DNA of 24,000 nt from Blastococcus xanthinilyticus (GTDB lineage: Bacteria > Actinomycetota > Actinomycetes > Mycobacteriales > Geodermatophilaceae). The position numbers were made by a program, and so were the translations under genes. Positions within the stretch are counted from its first letter, which is position 1; the number at the start of each line of letters is the position of its first letter. The DNA lies in NCBI RefSeq assembly GCF_008124835.1, contig NZ_VNHW01000007.1, forward strand, positions 82,172 through 106,171. The letters run 5' to 3'. Under the pieces are notes generated by a model. That model searched no databases. It was not told the origin of the DNA and saw only the letters and a program-made list of their open reading frames with translations. This document shows, piece after piece, positions 1 through 8,441 of this stretch.

Positions 1-1
1 C

Positions 2-88
2 ATCGGTGACGCCCCGATCGAGGAGTTCGACCAGGAGCCGGCCACCCCGCCGGCGAACGCCATCCCGGACGAGGAGGCCGTCAACTAG
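2..88 (+). CDS. 3' end of an unidentified CDS entering from upstream of the window (last 28 codons, ...IPDEEAVN*)
   Basis: The frame is open from position 2 to TAG at 86-88. Almost every codon ends in G/C, as in the well-supported genes here. A very strong hairpin follows 30 nt downstream. The fragment is too short for a family call. Confidence 0.4.
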   Translation: MGDAPIEEFDQEPATPPANAIPDEEAVN

Positions 89-117
89 GCACGGACGCTC
101 CCACGGGAGCTGTACCA

Positions 118-161
118 CCGGCGGGCCGCCGGTCTCCTCCGGGAGACCGGCGGCCCGTCGG
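118..161 (+). terminator. Strong GC-rich stem-loop downstream of the truncated CDS (putative terminator)
   Basis: GGGCCGCCGGTCTCC (123-137) pairs perfectly with GGAGACCGGCGGCCC (142-156) around a TCCG loop. The stem extends by further pairs out to 118/161. A T-richer tract (cccttattacttc) lies about 15 nt downstream, not directly adjacent, so this is not a textbook U-tail terminator. Confidence 0.55.
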
Positions 162-264
162 CGGTTCCTGCCCTTATTACTTCGAGGCCGAAGTGTGTGC
201 GGTGTTGATCTCCGGGTAGATGTCCGCGAGAGCGCGCTCCCGCGCGCGGTCGAGGAGGGCAGCC

Positions 265-1254
265 ATGGTCAGCGGGCCGGTACGCGAGGCACGGACGATC
301 CGCCGGGCGGTCGTCACCGGAGGAGCCGGGTTCCTGGGCTCCCACCTGTGCGAGCAGCTGCTCGAGCGGGGGGTGGAGGTGGTGTGCCTCGACAACTTCC
401 TCACCGGCTCGCCGGAGAACGTGCTGCACCTGATGGAGCACCCCGGCTTCCGGCTGGTCCGCTGCGACGTCACCGACTACGTGCACATCCCTGGCCCGGT
501 CGACCTCGTCCTGCACTTCGCCTCGCCGGCCAGCCCCATCGACTACCTGAAGATGCCGATCGAGACCCTCAAGGTCGGCAGCCTGGGCACCCTGCACACG
601 CTCGGCCTGGCCCACGAGAAGGGCGCTCGGTACGTGCTGGCCTCCACGTCGGAGGTCTACGGCGACCCCCTACAGCACCCGCAGACCGAGGAGTACTGGG
701 GCAACGTCAACCCGGTCGGCCCGCGCGGGGTCTACGACGAGGCCAAGCGGTTCAGCGAGGCCATGACCACCGCCTACCGGACGTCGAAGGGCACCGACAC
801 CGGCATCGTGCGGATCTTCAACACCTACGGGCCGCGGATGCGCGCCGACGACGGCCGCGCGATCCCCGCCTTCGTGAGCCAGGCGCTGGAGGGCCGGCCG
901 CTGACCGTCGCCGGCGACGGGTCGCAGACCCGCTCCATCTGCTACGTCGACGACACCGTCGCCGGCATCCTCGCGATGGCGTTCAGCGACCAGCCCGGGC
1001 CGGTGAACATCGGCAACCCCGACGAGCTGTCGATGCTCCGGCTGGCCGAGTGGATCGTCGAGCTGACCGGCTCCGACTCCCCCATCGACTACATCGACCT
1101 CCCGGTCGACGACCCGAAGGTCCGCCGTCCCGACACCACGCGGGCGGAGGAACTGCTGGGCTGGCGGCCGCAGGTGGCCTCCGAGGAAGGCCTGCGCCGC
1201 ACCGTCGCGTGGTTCGCCGCCCAGCGGGAGAGCGTCGCGAGCCAGGCCGTCTGA
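265..1254 (+). CDS. UDP-glucuronate decarboxylase / UDP-xylose synthase-type extended SDR (NAD-dependent epimerase/dehydratase family)
   Basis: The N-terminal Rossmann motif is [21 protein letters not shown]...YDEAKR carries the catalytic S/YxxxK. FNTYGPRM, the DGSQTRSFCYVDD-like segment ([13 protein letters not shown]) and the overall length are typical of UXS enzymes. I chose ATG at 265 because GAGGAGGG lies 6-12 nt upstream. The ORF track start at 220 would add 15 Arg/Ala-rich codons. Confidence 0.88.
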   Translation: MVSGPVREARTIRRAVVTGGAGFLGSHLCEQLLERGVEVVCLDNFLTGSPENVLHLMEHPGFRLVRCDVTDYVHIPGPVDLVLHFASPASPIDYLKMPIETLKVGSLGTLHTLGLAHEKGARYVLASTSEVYGDPLQHPQTEEYWGNVNPVGPRGVYDEAKRFSEAMTTAYRTSKGTDTGIVRIFNTYGPRMRADDGRAIPAFVSQALEGRPLTVAGDGSQTRSICYVDDTVAGILAMAFSDQPGPVNIGNPDELSMLRLAEWIVELTGSDSPIDYIDLPVDDPKVRRPDTTRAEELLGWRPQVASEEGLRRTVAWFAAQRESVASQAV

Positions 1255-1372
1255 CGCTACGTCGCCAATCATGCGACTAGAGTCACCCCGAAGAGACGCG
1301 GGACACCTCTAACCTGGAGGAGCGGGACCGGGGGGAGCCGCCCCTGACCCGAGTCGATCTCAGAGAGCGAGC

Positions 1373-3004
1373 ATGGGCCGCCACGCCGAAATCACTGCAC
1401 GGCGCCGTCCGGTGCCCACCCTCCTCGTCGCCGTCGGCATCGCCCTGGTGCTCGCCGCCGGAGGCCTCGTCTGGTGGCTGGCCGGGAGCGGTGGGTGCGA
1501 CGAGCGCGTGACCGTCGACGTCACGGTGGCCCCCGAGCTGGGCGAGCTGACCGAGCAGGTCCTGGCCGACGAGATCGTCGTCGAGGACCGCCTCTGCGTC
1601 GACACCGCCGTCGCCACCCAGCAGCCGCTGCAGACCGTCGGTGACCTCTCCGTCCTAGAGCCCGACGCGCTGCCCGACGTCTGGGTGCCCGACTCCTCGC
1701 TCTGGCGGGCCCGCGCCGCGGAAGCCCCCCTCGAGGTCGTCGGCAGCATGGGCGCCTCGCCGGTGGTCCTGGGCACCAGCAGCGATGCCGTGGCGGAGCT
1801 GGGCTGGGCCGAGGAGCCGCCCGGCTGGGGCGAGGCCCTGTCCGGCGGGCAGCCGTTGGCCGTGCCCGACCTGGCCACCAGCGCCGAGGCGCTGGCCGCC
1901 CTGACCGCCGTGTCCACCGCGCTCGGCGGGGGCGAGGAGGCGGGCAACGCCGTCGTCCAGGCCGTGCTCGCCGCGCAGCGGGGGCCGGCACTGTCCGCCG
2001 CCGACGGGCTGGCCGCCGGCCGGGACGGCGGAGCGGACGCGCCGCTGGTGCCGGTCAGCGAGCAGGAGATCTACGCGCTCAACCAGGCCGGCGAGGACTC
2101 CTCGCTGGTCGCCGTCTACCCCGAGCAGGGCAGCCCGGTGCTGGACTACCCGGTGCTCCGCGTCGGGACGCCCGAGGGCGACCAGGCCGAGGCGGTGGCC
2201 GCGGTCGTCGAGGCGCTCACCTCCGACGCCGCCCGCACCGCCGCACTGGAGGCCGGCTTCCGGGACGCCGACGGCACCGCTCCCCCCGAGGCGGAGGCCG
2301 CCGGCATCAGGGCCGCGGCACCCACGACCCTCGAGCTGGACCCGGCCGGGGTGCAGGCGCTGGTGGCACAGCTGAGCAGCCTGGCCGACCCCTCCCGCAT
2401 CCTGACGGTGTTCGACGTCTCGACCTCCATGGAGGCGCCCGTCGGGGACGGCACGCGGGCGACCCTGGCCCGCGACGCGGCGAAGGCGACGCTGTCGCTG
2501 GTGCCCGGCGACTTCGCCCTCGGCCTGTGGGCGTTCGCCTACCAGCTGGACGGCGAGCAGGACTGGTCCGAGCTGGTGCCGATCCGCGAGCTGGACTCCG
2601 TCGTCGACGACACCACCCAGCGCCAGCTCCTCGACGCCCAGCTGGACACCATCCCCGACCTGCTGACCCCCGGCGGCACCGGGCTGTACGACACCACGCT
2701 GGCCGCCGTGCGGGCGGCCCGGGAGAACTACGACCCGACCGCGGTCAACAGCGTCCTGATGGTCACCGACGGCACCAACGAGGACGACGCGGAAGGCATC
2801 TCGCTGGAGAACCTGCTCATCACGCTCTCCGCCGAGGCCGACCCCGACCGGCCGGTCAAGGTCATCGGTGTCGCGCTCGGTCCGGACGCCGACATCAGCG
2901 CCCTGGAGCAGATCGCCGAGGAGACCGGCGGGGAGGCGTACTCCGCCGTCGACGAGAACGACCTGCAGACGGTGCTCTTCGACGCCCTCCGCCAGCGCGG
3001 CTGA
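1373..3004 (+). CDS. Membrane-anchored protein with an extracytoplasmic solute-binding-like domain fused to a C-terminal von Willebrand factor type A (vWA) domain
   Basis: An N-terminal basic stretch is followed by a hydrophobic helix (RRRPVPTLLVAVGIALVLAAGGLVWWL). The central region resembles type 2 periplasmic binding folds (VWVPDSSLW, SPVVLGTS). The C-terminal vWA domain has a MIDAS DxSxS motif (FDVSTSME) and the downstream LMVTDGTNED motif. Confidence 0.82.
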   Translation: MGRHAEITARRRPVPTLLVAVGIALVLAAGGLVWWLAGSGGCDERVTVDVTVAPELGELTEQVLADEIVVEDRLCVDTAVATQQPLQTVGDLSVLEPDALPDVWVPDSSLWRARAAEAPLEVVGSMGASPVVLGTSSDAVAELGWAEEPPGWGEALSGGQPLAVPDLATSAEALAALTAVSTALGGGEEAGNAVVQAVLAAQRGPALSAADGLAAGRDGGADAPLVPVSEQEIYALNQAGEDSSLVAVYPEQGSPVLDYPVLRVGTPEGDQAEAVAAVVEALTSDAARTAALEAGFRDADGTAPPEAEAAGIRAAAPTTLELDPAGVQALVAQLSSLADPSRILTVFDVSTSMEAPVGDGTRATLARDAAKATLSLVPGDFALGLWAFAYQLDGEQDWSELVPIRELDSVVDDTTQRQLLDAQLDTIPDLLTPGGTGLYDTTLAAVRAARENYDPTAVNSVLMVTDGTNEDDAEGISLENLLITLSAEADPDRPVKVIGVALGPDADISALEQIAEETGGEAYSAVDENDLQTVLFDALRQRG

Positions 3005-3012
3005 GAGGGTGC

Positions 3013-3076
3013 ACATTGCGATCCTCCGGATCGCACCGCGGGCTGTGACATTGCGATCCTCCGGATCGCACCGCGG
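3013..3076. repeat. Two perfect tandem copies of a 29-bp unit (ACATTGCGATCCTCCGGATCGCACCGCGG), period 35 bp. Each copy holds an 8-bp-stem hairpin. Likely bidirectional terminators between convergent genes.
   Basis: Copy 1 spans 3013-3041 and copy 2 spans 3048-3076, and they are identical. In each, TGCGATCC / GGATCGCA flank a TCC loop. The repeat lies between the stop of the + strand vWA gene (3004) and the stop of the - strand GT9 gene (3119). Confidence 0.8.
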
Positions 3077-3118
3077 CCATGAGCCGTTCCCCGGGCGCCT
3101 GGAGCCGCTGCGTCAGGC

Positions 3119-4096
3119 CTACGCGGACCCCTCCGGGGCCCACTCGGCCTGACCGTGCACCTGCTCCTCCACCGCCTGGATCACCTCGTCGACAGTGATC
3201 GCCGCCAGCGCCGGGTCCAGCTCGGTGCCCCAGGGATCGCCGGTGCCGTTCCCGTGCCAGAGCACCCGGTGCAGCGGCCCGTGCTCCGCGGGGCGGTGCG
3301 GAGGGCCCCACAGCAGCGGGGACACCGGGCCGAAGAGCACCACCGACGGCCGCCGGTAGGCCGTGGCCAGGTGCGCGACGCCGGTGTCCCCGCACACCAC
3401 CAGGCGTGCGGCGGCGACCACGGCGGCCAGCTCCAGGGACGTCGTCCGGCCGGCCAGCACCGCGGACTCCCCCAGCCCGGCCTGCCCGGCCACCGACCGC
3501 GCCAGCTCCACCTCCGCCGGGCCGCCGGTGATCCGCACGTCGAGCCCGGCGGCGGCCAGGTACCGGGCGACGGCGGCGAACCGCTCCGCCGGCCAGCGCC
3601 GCCCGGGGAACGCCGCGCCCGGGTGGACCACCGCGACGTCGCGCACCGGCGGCGGCACGGGCGGGACGGCGAGATCGAGCTCGTCGGGGTCGGCCGCCAC
3701 GCCCAGCCCCTCGGAGACCAGCCGGCACCAGCGGCGCACCTCGTGCTCGTCCGGGTACCAGGTCGGGCCGGGGTAGCCGGGGCTGGCGAAGGTGAGCAGC
3801 CGCCGCGGGTGCAGGTCGGCCACGACCACGTGCGAGGCCGGGCCCTTGCCGTGCAGGTCGACCGCGAGCTCCGGCGGCGGGCCGGCCCAGTCCAGCGGCT
3901 CGAGCTCCCGGGCGGGCAGCACCTCGTCCACCGCGTCGATCAGCTCGGCGAGGGGGCGCAGCGGCTCCGTCGTCGCCAGCACCAGGCGGTGGTCGGGCAC
4001 GGCCCGCCGCACCGCGCGGATCGCCGGCACTCCGGTGAGCAGGTCGCCCAGGCCGAGCGGACGCAGCACCACCGCCGCCGGCGTGCCGCCACTCAC
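3119..4096 (-). CDS. Glycosyltransferase family 9 (ADP-heptose-dependent heptosyltransferase-like), copy A
   Basis: The N-terminus VVLRPLGLGDLLTGVPAIRAVRRAVPDHRLVL matches the GT9 hallmark (R..alGDvl...P..r.Lr...P). The C-terminal donor-binding motif is CGDTGVAHLATAYRRPSVVLFGP (compare DTGpmHLAaAlg.P.v.lFGP). It has a GTG start at 4096, 22 nt after the hldE stop. Confidence 0.85.
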   Translation of the reverse strand: MSGGTPAAVVLRPLGLGDLLTGVPAIRAVRRAVPDHRLVLATTEPLRPLAELIDAVDEVLPARELEPLDWAGPPPELAVDLHGKGPASHVVVADLHPRRLLTFASPGYPGPTWYPDEHEVRRWCRLVSEGLGVAADPDELDLAVPPVPPPVRDVAVVHPGAAFPGRRWPAERFAAVARYLAAAGLDVRITGGPAEVELARSVAGQAGLGESAVLAGRTTSLELAAVVAAARLVVCGDTGVAHLATAYRRPSVVLFGPVSPLLWGPPHRPAEHGPLHRVLWHGNGTGDPWGTELDPALAAITVDEVIQAVEEQVHGQAEWAPEGSA

Positions 4097-4118
4097 GATG
4101 GTGATGCCGCTGCCGGCG

Positions 4119-5528
4119 TCACACGCGGGAGCGCTCGACCAGCGCGGTGGTCGAGTGGCCGTCCAGGTAGGGCAGCACGACCGCCTGGCCTCCCCAGGAG
4201 CGCAGCACCTCGGCCTCGGGCAGGTCGGCGCCGGCGTAGTCGCCGCCCTTGGCCCACACGTCGGGCCGCAGCCGCTCGAGCACCTGTGCGGGGGTGTCCT
4301 CGCCGAAGACGACGACCGCGTCGACGAACTCCAGCGCCTCCAGCACCCGCGCCCGGTCGGTCGCGGTGACCAGCGGCCGGGACGGGCCCTTGAGCCGGCG
4401 CACCGACTCGTCGGAGTTGATGCACACGATCAGGCAGTCACCCAGCCCGCGGGCCGCCCGCAGCGTGGCCACGTGCCCCGGGTGCAGCAGGTCGAAGCAG
4501 CCCCCGGTGGCGACGACGGTGCCGCCGGCGGCGCGCACCCGGGCGAGGACGGCGTCGGCACCCGGTTTGGCGACGACGTTCGCCTCGTCCGGCTCGGCCG
4601 CGTCCCACGCCGTCGCGCCGCCACGGGCCACGAACGCCGACGCGAAGGCCACGGCGGCGGCCACGGCCTCGCCGGTCACTGCCCCGTCGGCCAGGGCGAG
4701 CGCCGCGGCGGCGGCGAAGGAGTCGCCGGCGCCGCACGGGTCGCCGCCGGTCACCGCGACGGCGGGGACGACCATCGGCGCCCCGGAGCCGTAGGACAGC
4801 AGCGCGCCCCGGGAGCCGATCGTGACCGCGACCGCACCGACACCCCAGTGCCGGATCAGCGCCTCCGCGCGGGCGCCGACGGCCGCCAGGCCGGTGCCCT
4901 CGGCGACCACCCCGGCGGCGGCGGCCACGCGGGCGGCCTCCGCCCCGTTCGGCGTGACCAGCCGGGCGGTCGGCACCGGGTCCGCGCCCCGCGGGTGCGG
5001 GTCCCAGACGACCGGGCCGCGGGCGGCCGCCAGCGCCGTGCGCACGGCCGGATCGGCCGTGGTGCCACGGCCGTAGTCGGCGACCAGCACCGCGGCCGCG
5101 TCGCGGATCGCCGCGGCCGCCTCGGCCGGCAGGTCGCCGAGCTCCGCCACGGGCGCGCCGCTGTCGAGCCGGGCGACCGAGTGGTCGCCCACCCGCACCC
5201 GCTGCTTGACGGCGGTGCCACCCGTCGCCGGGATCTCGATCAGCCGGACCCGGCCGGCGAGCAGGGCGCGCAGCCGGCCGGCGCCCTCGTCGGTGTCCAG
5301 GGGCGCGACGAGCACCACCTCGCGGGAGCCGGCCGCCGCCGCGATCACCGCGGCCAGCGCGGCACCGCCCGGCCGCTCCCGCCGCTCGATGTCCTCCACC
5401 ACCGGCACCGGCGCGTCGGGGGTCAGCCGGGACGCGGAGCCCACCAGGTCGACGTCGAGCAGCGCGTCGCCGACGACGACCAGCGGCCGGGTGGCGGCGC
5501 TCCCGCGCGCCGGACGACGGGCGGTCAC
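4119..5528 (-). CDS. hldE: Bifunctional D-beta-D-heptose 7-phosphate kinase / D-beta-D-heptose 1-phosphate adenylyltransferase
   Basis: The N-terminal pfkB/ribokinase-like domain reads LVVVGDALLDVDL...GGAALAA...GAGDSFAAAAALAL. The C-terminal cytidylyltransferase-like domain reads VVATGGCFDLLHPGHVATLRAARGLGDCLIVCINSDESVRRLKGPSRP. I chose the GTG start at 5528 because it overlaps the gmhA TGA stop (GTGA). The longer 637-aa ORF would run through gmhA in another frame. Confidence 0.9.
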   Translation of the reverse strand: MTARRPARGSAATRPLVVVGDALLDVDLVGSASRLTPDAPVPVVEDIERRERPGGAALAAVIAAAAGSREVVLVAPLDTDEGAGRLRALLAGRVRLIEIPATGGTAVKQRVRVGDHSVARLDSGAPVAELGDLPAEAAAAIRDAAAVLVADYGRGTTADPAVRTALAAARGPVVWDPHPRGADPVPTARLVTPNGAEAARVAAAAGVVAEGTGLAAVGARAEALIRHWGVGAVAVTIGSRGALLSYGSGAPMVVPAVAVTGGDPCGAGDSFAAAAALALADGAVTGEAVAAAVAFASAFVARGGATAWDAAEPDEANVVAKPGADAVLARVRAAGGTVVATGGCFDLLHPGHVATLRAARGLGDCLIVCINSDESVRRLKGPSRPLVTATDRARVLEALEFVDAVVVFGEDTPAQVLERLRPDVWAKGGDYAGADLPEAEVLRSWGGQAVVLPYLDGHSTTALVERSRV

Positions 5529-6223
5529 TTCGCCGCCTCCAGCGAGGGGCCGGAGGGCACCCGCGGGGGCTCGGCGAGCACGGCGGCGTCGAAGGCGGCG
5601 CAGACCAGGTGCAGCGCGACCAGGTGGCACTCCTGCACGGTCGCCGTCCACGGCGAGTCGATGCACACCGCCTCGTCGGCCGCGGCGGCCAGCGGGTTCG
5701 GCGCCGGCCCGGTGACGGCCAGCACGGTGATGCCGCACTCGCGGGCTCGCCGGGCGGCGGCGACGGCGTTGGGCGAGCGACCCGACGTCGACAGCAGGAT
5801 CAGCACGTCGCCGGGCCGGCCGTGGGCCTCCACCTGGCGGGCGAACAGCTCGTCGGCCGGGTAGTCGTTGGCGATCGCGGTGAGCGACGAGGTCTCCGCG
5901 GTGAGGCAGATGGCGGAGAACGGCGGCCGGTCCGCGCGGTAGCGGCCCACCAGCTCGGCGGTGAGGTGCTGGGCCTGGGCGGCGCTGCCCCCGTTGCCGG
6001 CGGCGAGCAGCCGCCCGCGGGACCCACCGCACAGCACGTCGGCCAGCAGCCGGCCCCAGCGGTCGAGCACGGGCACCTGCGCCTCGACCGAGCGCAGCGC
6101 GCTGGTCAGGGAGGCGACGTGGTCGGCGCCGGTCAGGTGCGTGCAGGTGTCGGGGGACACGACCTCGGCGGCGGTGTCCGGGGCCGCACTCATCGGTGCA
6201 CCGCTCATCGGCAGGCTGGTCAT
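5525..6223 (-). CDS. gmhA: D-sedoheptulose 7-phosphate isomerase (SIS domain)
   Basis: LLAAGNGGSAAQAQHLTAELVGRY, TAIANDY and GDVLILLSTSGRSPNAVAAARRARECGITVLAVTG are the canonical GmhA/SIS motifs. ATG at 6223 overlaps the upstream TGA (ATGA). Internal Met codons 5 and 10 residues downstream are possible alternative starts. Confidence 0.9.
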   Translation of the reverse strand: MTSLPMSGAPMSAAPDTAAEVVSPDTCTHLTGADHVASLTSALRSVEAQVPVLDRWGRLLADVLCGGSRGRLLAAGNGGSAAQAQHLTAELVGRYRADRPPFSAICLTAETSSLTAIANDYPADELFARQVEAHGRPGDVLILLSTSGRSPNAVAAARRARECGITVLAVTGPAPNPLAAAADEAVCIDSPWTATVQECHLVALHLVCAAFDAAVLAEPPRVPSGPSLEAAK

Positions 6224-7464
6224 CGGGCGACCTCCACGGGACGACGGCGGGTGAGCACCTGCCGGTAGACGGTTTCGGTGTCGGCCACGACCCGGGCCCA
6301 GCGGTAGCGGGCTCGGGCCCGCTTCACGCCGGCGGCGCCGTAGGCGGCGCGCCGGTCGTCGTCGGCGAGCAGCGCGGCGAGGACCGCGCCCAGCCGCTCG
6401 GGGTCCCGCGGCGGCACCAGGTCACCGGTGACGCCGTCGGCGACGGTGTCCTGCAGCCCGCCGACGGCGGTGGAGACCACCGCCCGCCCGCAGGCCATGG
6501 CCTCCAGCGGGGTGATGCCGAACGGCTCGTACCAGGGCACCGCGAGGACGACGTCGGCCGAGCGCACCCAGGCCGGCACGTCCGCGCGCGCCACCGAGCC
6601 GGCGAAGACCAGCCGGTCGGCCACCCCCGCATCGGCGGCGATGGCCCGCAGCCGGCAGACCTCCGGGTCGGTGTCGATCGCGTCCACCGCGGGGCCGCCG
6701 ACGACCACCAGCTCGGCGTCCGGCACCGCACGCAGCGCCCGCACCGCGTCGTCCTGGCCCTTGCGCTCGACCAGCCGGCCCAGCACCAGCAGCCGCTTCC
6801 GGTCGCTGCGCGGGGCGACCGGCCCGCGCGGGGTGAACACCGCGGTGTCGACGCCGCAGGGCACGATCGAGACCCGGTCCCTGGGCAGACCGAGGCGGCG
6901 CAGCTCGAAGACCTCGTCGGAGCAGGTGGCCACCACGTGGCTCACGTCGCGGCACAGCCCGCGCTCGAGGTCGATCCGCTCGGCCGGGGAGGTGTCGGCA
7001 TCGCCCTGGTGGCGGCGCTTGACCGAGCCGAGGGCGTGGAAGGTCTGCAGCACCGGGACGGGCGCGAGCAGGCTGGCCGAGGCCTCGACCGACGCCAGGC
7101 CGCTCATCCAGAAGTGCGCGTGCACCACGTCGGGGGGCTGCGCGGCCCACCCGTGCCGGAGCACCCGCGCGAACGCCGGCATGTGCTGCAGCAGCTCGTC
7201 CTTGGGCAGCGCCTCGGCCGGACCGGCGGGAACGTGGGCGACGTCGTACCCGTCCTCGGTGGTCACCCGGTCCGGCAGCGCGGCGTCGTCCCGGCGGGTG
7301 TGCACCGTGACCTCGTGGCCGCGGGCGGCGAGCCCGGCGGCCAGGGCCGCGACGTGCACGTTCTGGCCGCCGGCGTCCACGCCGCCGATCGCGGCGAGCG
7401 GGCTGGCGTGCTCGCTGACCAGGTCGATCCGGAGCGGGTACGTGCCCAGCTGGTCGGTCCTCAT
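6220..7464 (-). CDS. GT-B fold glycosyltransferase, family 4 (GT4 / Glycos_transf_1)
   Basis: The N-terminus reads LVSEHASPLAAIGGVDAGGQNVHVAALAAGLAARGH, which is the GT4 N-domain signature. The C-terminal segment PWYEPFGITPLEAMACGRAVVSTAVGGLQDTV carries the EX7E motif. ATG at 7464 overlaps the upstream stop (ATGA). Confidence 0.85.
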   Translation of the reverse strand: MRTDQLGTYPLRIDLVSEHASPLAAIGGVDAGGQNVHVAALAAGLAARGHEVTVHTRRDDAALPDRVTTEDGYDVAHVPAGPAEALPKDELLQHMPAFARVLRHGWAAQPPDVVHAHFWMSGLASVEASASLLAPVPVLQTFHALGSVKRRHQGDADTSPAERIDLERGLCRDVSHVVATCSDEVFELRRLGLPRDRVSIVPCGVDTAVFTPRGPVAPRSDRKRLLVLGRLVERKGQDDAVRALRAVPDAELVVVGGPAVDAIDTDPEVCRLRAIAADAGVADRLVFAGSVARADVPAWVRSADVVLAVPWYEPFGITPLEAMACGRAVVSTAVGGLQDTVADGVTGDLVPPRDPERLGAVLAALLADDDRRAAYGAAGVKRARARYRWARVVADTETVYRQVLTRRRPVEVAR

Positions 7465-8441
7465 CGGGTCACCTCCTCGAGGAGCGCATCCCAGTCGCGC
7501 AGGAAGCGGTCCAGTCCGTAGCGCTCGAGGGCGGCGGCGCGGGCAGCCTTGCCGGCGATCCGCGCGGCCTCCTCGTCGTGCAGGAACTCGCGCACCGCGG
7601 CCCAGAGCCGGTCGGGGCGGGTGGAGACCACGCCGGCCTCGGCGGGCACCGCCTCGACCGCCTCGGTGGTGGCCAGCCCGACCACCGGCAGGCCCAGGTG
7701 CATCGCCTCCAGGAGCGACAGGCCCAGCGAGGTCCAGCGCACCGGGTGCACGTACACGCGGCGGCGGGCCAGCTCCGTGTGCATCGCCGCCTGCGGGGGG
7801 TCGTCGTGCAGCGCGACGCGGTCGGGGTCCAGGCCGTAGGCCTCGTGCAGGCCGGTCAGCCCCATGCCGAACACGTCGACCGGCGCGATCCGCGCGAGCC
7901 CCGGCAGCAGGTCCGCGCCGACCGTGCGGCCCCGGCGCACCGGCTCGTTGGTGACGACCGCGGCGCGGGCCAGCTCGCCGGTGTACCGATCCCCCGGGTC
8001 GACGATGCCGTGCTCGATGACCGTCGTCGGGGCGCGGCCGTTGTCGTAGAACAGCTCGTTGAAGAAGGTGACGTGCGCGATCGGGATGTCGTCCCGGTCG
8101 GCCATCGGGTGCCGGGTGTGCGGAACCGGTCCGTCACCGGGCTCGAGCCCCGGCGCGTTGTGCTCCAGGAACACCGCGGGCAGGTCGCGTCCGGGCTCGC
8201 GACCGAGCCACTCGCGGACCAGCTCGAGGTCGCGCCGGCGCTGCAGCACGACGACGTCGGGCGGGTCGGCGCGCAGCTGCTCGGGGGTCACCTCGCGGGC
8301 CGACGCGGGCCAGTCCCAGGTGCGGGCGCGGCCCAGGCCGTCGGCGTCCCGGGCCGGGGTCACCGGCAGGAGGTACTCGTGCCGCCCCTGGACGAACGCC
8401 GTCGTCCAGGAGCCGTGCACGTGCCAGACCAGGATCTTCAC
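7461..8441 (-). CDS. GT-B fold glycosyltransferase (Glycos_transf_1-like), 326 aa
   Basis: The C-terminal segment HPVRWTSLGLSLLEAMHLGLPVVGLATTEAVEAV resembles the GT1/GT4 donor-binding EX7E region. The protein starts VKILVWHVHGSW. GTG at 8441 is preceded by GGGGAGAAC and overlaps the upstream TGA (GTGA). The 489-aa ORF in the track extends through the upstream GT9 gene and is Arg/Gly junk there. Confidence 0.72.
   Translation of the reverse strand: MKILVWHVHGSWTTAFVQGRHEYLLPVTPARDADGLGRARTWDWPASAREVTPEQLRADPPDVVVLQRRRDLELVREWLGREPGRDLPAVFLEHNAPGLEPGDGPVPHTRHPMADRDDIPIAHVTFFNELFYDNGRAPTTVIEHGIVDPGDRYTGELARAAVVTNEPVRRGRTVGADLLPGLARIAPVDVFGMGLTGLHEAYGLDPDRVALHDDPPQAAMHTELARRRVYVHPVRWTSLGLSLLEAMHLGLPVVGLATTEAVEAVPAEAGVVSTRPDRLWAAVREFLHDEEAARIAGKAARAAALERYGLDRFLRDWDALLEEVTR

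Noticed and set aside
265-1254. Could this SDR be the missing ADP-heptose 6-epimerase HldD?
   Set aside because: The motifs ([38 protein letters not shown]) match UDP-glucuronate decarboxylases rather than HldD. It is on the opposite strand, outside the operon.
6-1280. 424-aa + strand ORF overlapping the UXS gene in another frame
   Set aside because: The product is Arg/Pro/Gly-rich low-complexity sequence with no motifs. The overlapping frame at 265-1254 has clear SDR motifs and GC3-biased codons. This is a typical high-GC shadow ORF.
3013-3076. Possible minimal CRISPR array (two 29-bp direct repeats)
   Set aside because: There are only two copies, separated by 6 nt and therefore with no spacer. 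No cas genes are present. The repeats are self-complementary hairpins at a convergent gene junction.
4119-6032. Extended versions of real genes in the ORF track (637-aa hldE, 489-aa GT at 7461-8930, 594-aa tctA, 347-aa tctC2)
   Set aside because: The extra N-terminal parts overlap the preceding gene and are Arg-rich or Cys-rich junk. Internal GTG/ATG starts give canonical family N-termini, 4-nt coupling overlaps or proper SD spacing.
6220-7464. GT4 protein as MshA (mycothiol GlcNAc-inositol-phosphate transferase)
   Set aside because: It shares only the generic GT4 N-terminal signature. It is embedded by 4-nt overlaps in the heptose operon, with no other mycothiol genes nearby. A specific MshA call cannot be supported from the sequence alone.
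3792-7954. Long + strand ORFs (3792-5864, 5609-6268, 6196-7521, 6428-7954) antisense to hldE, gmhA and the GT4 gene
   Set aside because: The sequences are Arg/Gly/Ala/Pro-dominated with no recognisable domains. The minus-strand frames carry unambiguous enzyme motifs. They arise because stop codons are rare in GC-rich antisense frames.
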